Positions 9,160 through 17,041 of a stretch of 32,000 nt of DNA are shown here, one piece after another. The notes beneath the pieces are model-generated. The model did no database searches. It was not told where the DNA came from and saw only the letters and a list, made by a program, of their open reading frames with translations. A program made the translations under genes and the position numbers. Each line of letters starts with the position of its first letter. Position 1 is the stretch's first letter. Source of the stretch: Candidatus Saccharimonadota bacterium (GTDB lineage: Bacteria > Patescibacteriota > Gracilibacteria > UBA4473); assembly GCA_963677105.1 (NCBI GenBank), contig OY781871.1:780001-812000 (forward strand), written 5' to 3'.

Positions 9160-9233
9160 ATCCTCATAGTTCAATGGAAGAATAACTCCCTCCTAAGGAG
9201 TAGATCCAGGTTCGATCCCCGGTGAGGATACCA
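9160..9233 (+). tRNA. tRNA-Arg (anticodon CCT), CCA encoded
   Basis: Acceptor ATCCTCA/TGAGGAT. Anticodon stem ACTCC/GGAGT with loop CTCCTAA. T arm CCAGG-TTCGATC-CCCGG with one A-C mismatch. Discriminator A plus CCA. Length 74 nt. Confidence 0.8.
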
Positions 9234-9236
9234 CGT

Positions 9237-9266
9237 CGGAATAAGCTTCGCTAGTTCCGTTTTTTG
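9237..9266 (+). terminator. hairpin plus T6 after tRNA-Arg
   Basis: CGGAA (9237-9241) pairs with TTCCG (9255-9259), with inner AGC/GCT pairing, followed by TTTTTTG. Confidence 0.45.
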
Positions 9267-9332
9267 TTTCACAAAAAAACTTCACCGCGTCGCTATTCCT
9301 CCTCTTCAAATCAAAACACCTTCTTCCTCAGC

Positions 9333-9395
9333 TTTTGGGAATTTTGATTTGGGAAAAAATACTTGAAGTTTGAAATTTGTACTTTGATATTTTGA
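9333..9395 (+). repeat. degenerate tandem heptamer array (about 9 units, consensus A-Y-T-T-T-G-A)
   Basis: Read in register: ttttggg aattttg atttggg aaaaaat acttgaa gtttgaa atttgta ctttgat attttga. Confidence 0.6.
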
Positions 9396-9416
9396 AGGAT
9401 AAGCTAAGCTTATCCT
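9396..9416. promoter_or_regulatory. perfect 10-bp-arm palindrome (possible operator) just upstream of the 9422 ORF
   Basis: AGGATAAGCT-A-AGCTTATCCT. It ends 5 nt before the ATG at 9422 and overlaps a possible -10 element, TAAGCT (9400-9405). Confidence 0.35.
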
Positions 9417-9421
9417 GAACT

Positions 9422-9709
9422 ATGGTTTCTATTATTTTGGCTATCGTGGGAGGAATGATGATTGTTTCAGGAATTGGTCTGCGAGGACTCATTCATTCAT
9501 TTGGAAATGCAATCTGTTTATTAGGATTTTGCTTTGTGTTAGATGCAGGAATTGGATGGATATTTGATTTTTCAGATCACAAAAAAGTCATTATAGCCGG
9601 AGGAATATTATTTGTTTTCTCTGTGGTAACAGCGATTTGGCAGTTACATGTTAAGTTTAAAGAAATGCAAAAAAAAGCAGAAGAGCAGAAAAAAAGTGAC
9701 ATAAGTTAA
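9422..9709 (+). CDS. small membrane protein (about 3 TM helices) with a charged C-terminus, function unknown
   Basis: 95-aa ORF. Hydrophobic helices are followed by KEMQKKAEEQKKSD. Confidence 0.5.
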   Translation: MVSIILAIVGGMMIVSGIGLRGLIHSFGNAICLLGFCFVLDAGIGWIFDFSDHKKVIIAGGILFVFSVVTAIWQLHVKFKEMQKKAEEQKKSDIS

Positions 9710-9719
9710 TACGTGTTTT

Positions 9720-11012
9720 TTATTTTTCTTGAATAGGAATTTCAAATGGAATGTTTTCTGGTGCAGTTGGAATTGGATCAGCCTTTTGCATTGGAAATGA
9801 AGTCGTTTCTTCGGTTGGAAATTTAAGTTCTTCAAGAGTTACTTTTCGAATATCTGTTTTCTCAATATGAAGACGACGTTCTTGCCAATCTGCAACAATT
9901 CTCAATGCATGAGATTGGATTTCCGGAACAGATTTTCCTTCTATAAGAAGATCAAATCCGTGAAGAACACTTTCTATTTTTCCTTCAAACATATTTGCTA
10001 AAGAATCCAAAGATATATCATTTGCTGTGCGGACTTGAATAAGCGCATTTCCCTCTTTTTCTACAAAAGAGATGACAATGTCTGCTCCATTAATATGTCG
10101 AATAAGTTGATCAGACCAACCATCAAGATCATGAAATGTTGTTTCAGTGAGTTCGAAATCTGAAGCGGTTAAATTTGTCCATGCTAAATGATGTACAGAA
10201 TCGAATTGCAGATTTCCTAAAAGACGTCCGAGAACCCGAAGATTGGCAAACGATTTTTGTTTAAATAAAGACTCAATTACATCGGACTGATTTGCTCCAC
10301 GAGATTGAAGTTCTGCGGCTAATTCAAGAGATCGCGCGCTCGTATTTGATGCGAGAAAACTATCAGTTGCAGCAAGGATTCCAGAAAGTAATGTCGTAGA
10401 AAGATCTGCATCAAGATGTTTTTCGAAATCTGGATCAGAAGTGATGAAGTCAGTGATAAGTTCACATACAGCACTTGCAGAAGAATCAACGAAATTTACT
10501 CGTCCAAAAAATTCATTTGCTGGAGAAACAGAAATATTAATTATAGGAGTTTCAGAAAAAAGTTTTGGATGATCAGTAAATAATTTTTCACAATCTTCTA
10601 ATGCATCTGCACCAACGACAACAATTACATCAAATCGTTCAAGATGATGTCGAAAACTTAATTCAGAAGGATCAATAGTTCCGTCTGTTTGTAAAACCAA
10701 ATCAACAACGCCGTCATGTTCAGTAGCGTGAACATTTTTAATTTTTGTAGATTTCGTAGGAATAGAGATAACAAAATCATTTCCTGTTCCTAATGTTTGA
10801 GAAACGGCATCAGAATTTGGTAAAAAGTGTAATTGACGAGGAACAGTTTCTGGGGCAACCGCAATGGAAGTTTTTCCAGATTTTTTTAAAACAGTATTGA
10901 GAGCAAGAACTCCAGCTGCCACATCAGAATCCCAGTGATTTGGGCCAATGATGAGGATTTCCTTCGCTTGTTTGAGAAGTCCGAGTACTTGCTTTTGAGG
11001 GGGTTTATGCAT
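9720..11012 (-). CDS. DHH/DHHA1-family (NrnA-like) phosphoesterase homolog with degenerate catalytic motifs and a C-terminal extension
   Basis: Collinear with NrnA-type proteins. Motif I region ILIIGPNHWDSDVAAG. VDSSASAVCELI matches the conserved VDTSASS(V/T)xE block. GILAATDSF aligns to GIxGDTGxF. The DHH triad position reads ISVSP and no GGGH motif is visible. Confidence 0.55.
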   Translation of the reverse strand: MHKPPQKQVLGLLKQAKEILIIGPNHWDSDVAAGVLALNTVLKKSGKTSIAVAPETVPRQLHFLPNSDAVSQTLGTGNDFVISIPTKSTKIKNVHATEHDGVVDLVLQTDGTIDPSELSFRHHLERFDVIVVVGADALEDCEKLFTDHPKLFSETPIINISVSPANEFFGRVNFVDSSASAVCELITDFITSDPDFEKHLDADLSTTLLSGILAATDSFLASNTSARSLELAAELQSRGANQSDVIESLFKQKSFANLRVLGRLLGNLQFDSVHHLAWTNLTASDFELTETTFHDLDGWSDQLIRHINGADIVISFVEKEGNALIQVRTANDISLDSLANMFEGKIESVLHGFDLLIEGKSVPEIQSHALRIVADWQERRLHIEKTDIRKVTLEELKFPTEETTSFPMQKADPIPTAPENIPFEIPIQEK

Positions 11013-11167
11013 TTGTTTTTTGATACAAGACGCAATATTACAACGTTTTAATTAAAATGTCAAACGGGTTTTGTCAAGGAGGAAGAGAAATGTTGAAATG
11101 AATTCAATTTAGAATTGAGAAAAATAAGAGATTCGGCTACGATTCGTGCGTATTAAAACTTTTGATT

Positions 11168-12427
11168 ATGCTTGATATCAAAGCCATTCGTCAAAATCCA
11201 GAAGAATTTCGAACCAGTCTCGCTCGAAAAGGTGTGGATTCATCGATTATTACAGAACTATTAGAAGCGGATGAACGACGTCGTTCATTACAGTCTCAAT
11301 CTGATGAATTGAAATCTCAGCAAAATGAAGCCTCAAAAAAAATTCCTCAATTACAAGGAACGGAGAAAAATGAGTTATTAGAGGCAATGAAATTGTTGTC
11401 CGAGAAAAAGAAAACGTTGGATCAAGAACAATCAGATGCGGAAGTTACAGTTGATACAATTTTGAAAAAATTACCAAATCCTCCGCATGTAGATGCTCCA
11501 GATGGAAAATCAGATGAGGAAAATGAAGTGATTCGTATAGAAGGGAAGAAGCCCAAATTTAATTTTCCGGTTCGTGATCATGCTGAAATTGCAGAATCGC
11601 TTGATTTGCTCGATACAGAACGTTCAGCAAAAGTGTCAGGTGCTCGGTTTTATTACATGAAAAATGAGCTTGCGATTTTACAACGAGCGTTGATTTTTTG
11701 GGCATTTACTGAAGTACAAAAGAAAGGATTTGCACCAATGATTCCTCCATTCCTCACGAAACAAAGAGCGATAGAAGGGACGGGATATTTTGCTCATGAT
11801 GAAAATTATTGTGTAAATCCAGGAGAGGATGATTTATTCCTCATTGGAACATCAGAAGTACCGATGGTTTCCTACCATTCAGATGATATTTTAGATCTTG
11901 CTACACCAAAAATGTATGTGTCATATTCACCATGTTTTCGTCGTGAAGCGGGTTCTTATGGAAAAGATACAAGTGGGATTTTCCGCGTTCATCAATTTGA
12001 AAAAGTAGAAATGGTGATTTTTTGTAAACCAGAAGATACCGATCGTTTACACGAATTAATTCGAGAAGTAGAAGAAGAATTGCTTCAAAAATTAGAATTG
12101 CCGTATCAAGTAGTAAATGTTTGTTGTGGAGACTTAGGAATTTCTGCAGCGAAGAAATATGACTTAGAAGCGTGGTTGCCAGCGCAAGAACAATATCGAG
12201 AAATGACATCAACTTCGATTTGTACGGACTTTCAGGCGCGTCGTTTGAACATTCGATATCGAGACGAAAATAATAAATTGCAATTTGCCAACATTCTTAA
12301 TGGAACAGCTGTGAGCTCACGTCCTTTGGTTGGAATTTTAGAAAACTTTCAACAAAAAGATGGTTCCGTGATTATTCCAAAGGCACTTCGTTCATTGTGT
12401 GGGTTTGATAAGATTAGCCCGAAGTAA
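11168..12427 (+). CDS. serS: seryl-tRNA synthetase
   Basis: MLDIKAIRQNPEEF N-terminus and coiled-coil arm. Class II motifs FRVHQFEKVE, TSTSICTDFQARRL and LNGTAVSSRPLVGILEN. The ATG at 11168 is preferred to the TTG at 11162 used in the ORF track. Confidence 0.95.
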   Translation: MLDIKAIRQNPEEFRTSLARKGVDSSIITELLEADERRRSLQSQSDELKSQQNEASKKIPQLQGTEKNELLEAMKLLSEKKKTLDQEQSDAEVTVDTILKKLPNPPHVDAPDGKSDEENEVIRIEGKKPKFNFPVRDHAEIAESLDLLDTERSAKVSGARFYYMKNELAILQRALIFWAFTEVQKKGFAPMIPPFLTKQRAIEGTGYFAHDENYCVNPGEDDLFLIGTSEVPMVSYHSDDILDLATPKMYVSYSPCFRREAGSYGKDTSGIFRVHQFEKVEMVIFCKPEDTDRLHELIREVEEELLQKLELPYQVVNVCCGDLGISAAKKYDLEAWLPAQEQYREMTSTSICTDFQARRLNIRYRDENNKLQFANILNGTAVSSRPLVGILENFQQKDGSVIIPKALRSLCGFDKISPK

Positions 12428-12508
12428 AAAACGTAGTGAATTGCATTTTTTTCAAAAAATAAGGATGTATATTCTTTAGTGAGTATTAAAATAACATAAA
12501 TTTAATGT

Positions 12509-12536
12509 TTGCATATTTTTGTTTTTTGCGTACACT
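12509..12536 (+). promoter_or_regulatory. candidate promoter for the secreted CTD protein gene
   Basis: TTGCAT (12509-12514), 16-nt spacer, TACACT (12531-12536). The roughly 32-nt leader carries AGGAG at 12559-12563. Confidence 0.3.
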
Positions 12537-12568
12537 CGGCTCGCTCTTTGACGGAATCAGGAGACCAT

Positions 12569-13321
12569 ATGGTTCAAAAACTCATAATAGTTCTGTTTCT
12601 GTTTCTTTCAGCGCAATTATTTGCGCAAGATGGAGCAGATCTATTTTTTCAAAATCCCTATCTCGAAAACGAAGGGCACAATTATGTGACCATCTCCACA
12701 GAGATAGAGTTGACAGTCGAACACTGTCTGGTAAATGCGGATACATTATCATGGCGCGTAGGTGTGTCATACTATTATTCGTCATTACCAGAACCAACAT
12801 CGGAAGCTGTTCTTTTGGGAGAAGACCATTCATCTCTCGGGAATGGCGTTGATTACGAAATGGAGTCTGCTTATTTGCAGATTCCAGAAAATGCTCTCTT
12901 AGGGGTCGGATATATCCTTATTGTATCCGATCAAAATGGGATATATTCCCATCTTGAGCAAAATCTCGAAAATAATACTTTCCCTTTACCCATCTGGGTA
13001 AATGAGGAAAACAACGTTAACGTCGCACAACAGGATATTGAAGGAATAGACACTTCGGTGTTTGTTTATCCAAATCCTGTTGGATCAGGAAATCAGCTTA
13101 ACATTGAGTTGATTGCAAATAAGAACCATCGTTCATCAAACAACTCGGCTTTTGCCGTGACAATGGTAAATATTAAAGGGCAAGTAGTAGACAAATACTA
13201 TGGCTCGAGTGGTCAAATGGTAGCGTCTTTAGACGTTAGTCATCTATCATCGGGCACGTATTTTCTACGTGTGTCCGACGGGAACACCTTCACTAACAAG
13301 AAAGTAGTTCTCGTAAAATAA
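12569..13321 (+). CDS. secreted protein with an N-terminal signal peptide and a C-terminal T9SS-type (Por secretion tail) sorting domain
   Basis: The start at ATG 12569 is preceded by AGGAG. Signal peptide MVQKLIIVLFLFLSAQLFA/QDG. The C-terminus VFVYPNPVGSGNQLNIEL...LDVSHLSSGTYFLRVSDGNTFTNKKVVLVK matches the YPNP...G(V/T)YF(L/V)R...K(L/V)V pattern of type A CTDs. Confidence 0.75.
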   Translation: MVQKLIIVLFLFLSAQLFAQDGADLFFQNPYLENEGHNYVTISTEIELTVEHCLVNADTLSWRVGVSYYYSSLPEPTSEAVLLGEDHSSLGNGVDYEMESAYLQIPENALLGVGYILIVSDQNGIYSHLEQNLENNTFPLPIWVNEENNVNVAQQDIEGIDTSVFVYPNPVGSGNQLNIELIANKNHRSSNNSAFAVTMVNIKGQVVDKYYGSSGQMVASLDVSHLSSGTYFLRVSDGNTFTNKKVVLVK

Positions 13322-13357
13322 TCATCGAAAAAATCTCAAAAATTCCGTCACTGAGAA

Positions 13358-13388
13358 GGAACCTCTGTTTACAGAGGTTCCGTTTTTC
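13358..13388 (+). terminator. rho-independent terminator
   Basis: GGAACCTCTG (13358-13367) pairs with CAGAGGTTCC (13372-13381) around a TTTA loop, followed by GTTTTTC. Confidence 0.75.
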
Positions 13389-13438
13389 TCGTACTTCAAA
13401 ATCCATTCAATAGATTTTTTTGATATGTAAGCAAAAAA

Positions 13439-13738
13439 TTATTTCTTAAGAAATTGCAAAAATGCGTTCAAGTTTACCGCGCGCGTCATAGGAACACTGT
13501 CGATATCTTCTGTATAGGTGAGGATTCCATCTTTTATTTCAGCATCGAGAATAGGATGCGTTGAGAGAATATTTTCAAATGAATCGTCAGCAGTACTTTT
13601 TAAAATAAGTCCTGTGTCACCAGACTGAATCGTGAAAGACTCAATACTTGGAGGAATTACTACAGGATTTTCTTTTTCCATAAATGAACAGCCAGAGAGA
13701 AGTGTAAAGGTGAAAACGAGAAATAATTTTTTCATCAT
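13439..13738 (-). CDS. small lipoprotein, function unknown
   Basis: MMKKLFLVFTFTLLSGCSF gives a signal peptide with the lipobox LSGC. The start is trimmed to the ATG at 13738, directly after the ung stop. Confidence 0.6.
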   Translation of the reverse strand: MMKKLFLVFTFTLLSGCSFMEKENPVVIPPSIESFTIQSGDTGLILKSTADDSFENILSTHPILDAEIKDGILTYTEDIDSVPMTRAVNLNAFLQFLKK

Positions 13739-13739
13739 T

Positions 13740-14417
13740 CTAAGTCTGCCAGTCGATTGGTTGTTTGCCAAGTTTTTCCAAATACTCATTCGTTAATTTG
13801 AAATGATTGCATCCAAAAAATCCATTATTTGCACTAAAAGGGGATGGATGTGAAGCTTCAAGAATAAGATGTTTTTTGGAGCTTATGATCACTTTTTTTG
13901 TTCGAGCGTGGCGTCCCCATAATAAAAAAACAATATTTTCTTTTTTCTCAGAAAGATTCTTAATTGCTGCAGTAGTAAATTCTTCCCAGCCCTTTCCGGA
14001 ATGACTCATTGGTTGGTGAGCACGAACGGTCAACGTTGTGTTGATCATAAGAACTCCTTGTTTGCACCAAGCACGAAGATCGCCATTGTCTGGGATTTTG
14101 AAATTGGGAAATTCTAATTTCAGTTCTTTAAAAATATTTTTCAAACTTGGCGGAAGAGGAATTCCTGGATTCACAGAAAAGCAGGGACCATGACATTGTC
14201 CACGTCCGTGATATGGATCTTGTCCGAGAATCACTACTTCCACCGAATCAAATGGACATAAGTCGAATGCTGCAAAGATTTGATTTCCAGGAGGATAAAT
14301 TTCATGTCCAGACTTAATTTCTTCTTTCACGAAATTCGTGAGATTGTGCCAATATTCTTTTTCAAATTCAGGAGCAAGTACGGATTTCCAGCTTGCTTCA
14401 ATATTTACATTACTCAT
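13740..14417 (-). CDS. ung: uracil-DNA glycosylase (family 1)
   Basis: GQDPYHG water-activating loop, the GVLMINTTLTV block (canonical GVLLLN), and HPSPFSA. 225 aa. Confidence 0.95.
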   Translation of the reverse strand: MSNVNIEASWKSVLAPEFEKEYWHNLTNFVKEEIKSGHEIYPPGNQIFAAFDLCPFDSVEVVILGQDPYHGRGQCHGPCFSVNPGIPLPPSLKNIFKELKLEFPNFKIPDNGDLRAWCKQGVLMINTTLTVRAHQPMSHSGKGWEEFTTAAIKNLSEKKENIVFLLWGRHARTKKVIISSKKHLILEASHPSPFSANNGFFGCNHFKLTNEYLEKLGKQPIDWQT

Positions 14418-14429
14418 TTTGCTGAGAGT

Positions 14430-16046
14430 TTATTTTTTTTCTTTTCTACAAGCAAGTAATGCAGCTATTACAATAGTTAAAATGACAGGAAGTCCGCCCC
14501 AAATCCATAATTGATTCATTGGATAATCACCATAAGGTTTTGCGAATTCAGTTGGTAAAGATGATATATAAAACCAAATTAAAATAGAGGGTGCAATCAG
14601 TTTCGGAATCCATGTCCACCATTTCCCAAGTTGTAGTCTGGATACAGAATTAATATATAAACGTAATTTTTCTGCGGGCATCATCCATCCGATAAGAATG
14701 AGTTGAAAAATAATTGCCGGATAGAGTAAATGTTCAAATAAAAAGTGATCGGTAATATCAAGACGATAAAGACCATTTCCGCCAGAGAAGGCGAGTGACC
14801 ATACAAAGAAAACGATACACAATATTCCAACGGAAAGTTCACGTTTCATATTTTTAAAGATATGAAATTGGTTTTTGAAACTTGCAATTACGGCCTCTGC
14901 TACAGCAAAAACAGAATCTATTCCAAGTGAAATAAGTGTGAGGAAAAATAATACTGAAAAGAAAGGTGCTCCAAATGGCAATTGTGCCAAAGCCGCAGGA
15001 AAAGTGACGAATGAAAGTGTTACACCAGATTCAACAACTTCACTTATTGGTACTCCTTTGGTTTGTGCCAGCCATCCTAATGTTCCAAAAATAGCAAATC
15101 CAGCCAATAAAGAAACGGAGAAATTTCCAATAGCAATCCAAATACTGGGTCCAGTTATATCTTGATCTTTTTTATTACAACTTGCATAGAATACAGTTAG
15201 AGCAACTCCAACATTAGCAGAAAACAAAGCTTGTGCACCGGCTGCTTTCCATAACGTTGGATCGGCAAGACGTATCCAATCTGGTTTCAAGAAAAATTCA
15301 AATCCTTCTTTAGATCCCGGTAAAAATAAAGAATTAATTAACAAAATCGCAAGTAATATGAAAGGTAACGTTGCAGTCCATTTTATTACGCGTGTTACGG
15401 ATTTTACTCCTTGAAATATTGAAAAATAAATGGTTGCATATGTAGCTAAAAGACCAATTATGACGGGTTTTGATAATCCGCCCCAAATAGAAATATTATC
15501 AGAGATATTTAGGATTTTGCTATAAAAGAATTCTTCTGCACCAGTAGACCATGCAACAGAAGGAGAAAACCAAAGAAAGTCAAAACTCCAAGCAATAATA
15601 CAAGAGTAATAACCAATGACAACAAACAAAAGAAGAATAGGAAGCCATCCTGTAAATTTTCCAAACCAATTATGTTTTACATCAAAAGCTTCAACAATCG
15701 ATTCTTGTTTTTCTTTTTTTACCCAACAAACAATTTGATGTAGCAAATTTTTTGGATGATGTTCTTTTTTTCCAAAACTATCGACGACTTCAAGTTGATG
15801 TTTTTGTCCGAATCCAACTTCCATTACAACTAATGGAATTACAATAGCGAAAAGCAATATAATATAAGCAAAAAGGAAAGCTCCTCCTCCGTTTGCATAT
15901 ACTTGATACGGAAATCGCCATAAGTTCCCAAGGCCTGCAGCTGCTCCAATCGCAGCTAAAATAAATATTAGGCGAGAACTCCATTGTTGATTGTTGGTAT
16001 TGTGAGACATGAATACAAGTGAATAATACTGTCTTTCATTCTTCAT
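14430..16046 (-). CDS. sodium-dependent transporter, SNF/NSS family
   Basis: Hallmark AAIGAAAGLGNLWRFPY in TM1 and about 11-12 hydrophobic helices. The true start may be the ATG at 16010 (MSHNTNN...). Confidence 0.9.
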   Translation of the reverse strand: MKNERQYYSLVFMSHNTNNQQWSSRLIFILAAIGAAAGLGNLWRFPYQVYANGGGAFLFAYIILLFAIVIPLVVMEVGFGQKHQLEVVDSFGKKEHHPKNLLHQIVCWVKKEKQESIVEAFDVKHNWFGKFTGWLPILLLFVVIGYYSCIIAWSFDFLWFSPSVAWSTGAEEFFYSKILNISDNISIWGGLSKPVIIGLLATYATIYFSIFQGVKSVTRVIKWTATLPFILLAILLINSLFLPGSKEGFEFFLKPDWIRLADPTLWKAAGAQALFSANVGVALTVFYASCNKKDQDITGPSIWIAIGNFSVSLLAGFAIFGTLGWLAQTKGVPISEVVESGVTLSFVTFPAALAQLPFGAPFFSVLFFLTLISLGIDSVFAVAEAVIASFKNQFHIFKNMKRELSVGILCIVFFVWSLAFSGGNGLYRLDITDHFLFEHLLYPAIIFQLILIGWMMPAEKLRLYINSVSRLQLGKWWTWIPKLIAPSILIWFYISSLPTEFAKPYGDYPMNQLWIWGGLPVILTIVIAALLACRKEKK

Positions 16047-16075
16047 ATCTCTTAAATATTGTCAAAATTGTTTTG

Positions 16076-16110
16076 CTTAAAAAAATCCCTCTCAACAGAA
16101 AGGGATTTTA
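16076..16110 (-). terminator. rho-independent terminator after secF
   Basis: AAATCCCT (16083-16090) pairs with AGGGATTT (16101-16108). On the minus strand the stem is followed by U7. Confidence 0.6.
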
Positions 16111-16129
16111 AAAAACAGGATAAAATGAG

Positions 16130-17041
16130 TTACTTTCGGTGATCTACTAAGTTTTTCCAAGTAACTAATAATGGAGCAGCAATAAATATTGATGAATATG
16201 TTCCCACAACAATACCAATCGTTAACGCAAGCATAAAGTAGAAGATAGAACTTGCTCCAAAGAGAAGGAGAAAAATCAAAGGAAAGAGTGTTGAAATAGA
16301 AGTGTTTATAGACCTTCGTAATGTTTGTTGTACAGATTTTTCAATCACATCTTCGAATGTTTCTTTTGATTTTTGTTTATTCAAATTTTCACGAACACGA
16401 TCCAAAATTACAATGGTATCATTCACTGAAAATCCAAGAGTTGCGAGTAACGCAGTAATGAATTGTAGATCCAGTTCTACGTCTGCAATAGCACCAAGAA
16501 CAGCAAATACTCCAACAATGATTAATACATCGTGGAAAAGTGCGATAATTGCTACTCCACCAAAACGCCAAGGATTAATAGTTTCTGGAATTTTTCGAAA
16601 AGCAAGAGCCACGAATAAAACAATTGCCACAAGTGCTAAACCAATAGCAATAAGTGCCTCACGTTGAAAGTGTTTTCCAATAGAATTACTTACACGGCGA
16701 AAAGAAGTGATTTCGAACGTACCTATTTCCTTCTTTAAATTTGTTGAAAGAGTTTCAAATTTTGATTCACTTAATTCTTCAAGTGTTATTAAAAAGCTAT
16801 TATCTCCAGATGATTGAATAATTGCTTCTTTTTCTAGTAATTCACTGGTTTCAAAAAACGTAGTGAGTTGTTCAGTTGCAACAGGTGTGGCTGAGTCAAA
16901 TTGAACATTCAAACGAAGTCCACCAAGAAAGTCGAGTCCTAAATTGAAGCCGAAGATTCCAACCATTGCAAGTGATGCTGCAACAAGTCCACTAGAAATA
17001 GTGATCCATGTTTTTCGATGTCGAGTTATATTGAATTTCAT
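16130..17041 (-). CDS. secF: protein translocase subunit SecF
   Basis: LGLDFLGG motif, a short periplasmic domain and a C-terminal TM bundle. Its ATG overlaps the secD TGA (ATGA). Confidence 0.92.
   Translation of the reverse strand: MKFNITRHRKTWITISSGLVAASLAMVGIFGFNLGLDFLGGLRLNVQFDSATPVATEQLTTFFETSELLEKEAIIQSSGDNSFLITLEELSESKFETLSTNLKKEIGTFEITSFRRVSNSIGKHFQREALIAIGLALVAIVLFVALAFRKIPETINPWRFGGVAIIALFHDVLIIVGVFAVLGAIADVELDLQFITALLATLGFSVNDTIVILDRVRENLNKQKSKETFEDVIEKSVQQTLRRSINTSISTLFPLIFLLLFGASSIFYFMLALTIGIVVGTYSSIFIAAPLLVTWKNLVDHRK

Noticed and set aside
11077-11101. Perfect AGGAGG followed 7 nt later by ATG-TTG-AAA-TGA (a 3-codon mini-ORF) upstream of serS. Considered as a leader peptide, attenuator or T-box
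   Set aside because: No T-box core sequence or terminator/antiterminator pair is visible. The same bases also fit a TTGTCA-17-TGAAAT promoter. These possibilities cannot be distinguished from sequence alone.
12505-12568. N-terminal extension of the CTD-protein ORF (start at 12509) and the overlapping 115-aa ORF at 12505-12852
   Set aside because: The ATG at 12569 is preceded by AGGAG and opens a textbook signal peptide. The upstream extension would bury that signal peptide and would contain the candidate promoter.
8333-16108. The pyk and secF terminators use the same stem sequence, AATCCCT...AGGGATT
   Set aside because: A 7-nt coincidence with unrelated loops and flanks. This is not enough to call a repeat family.
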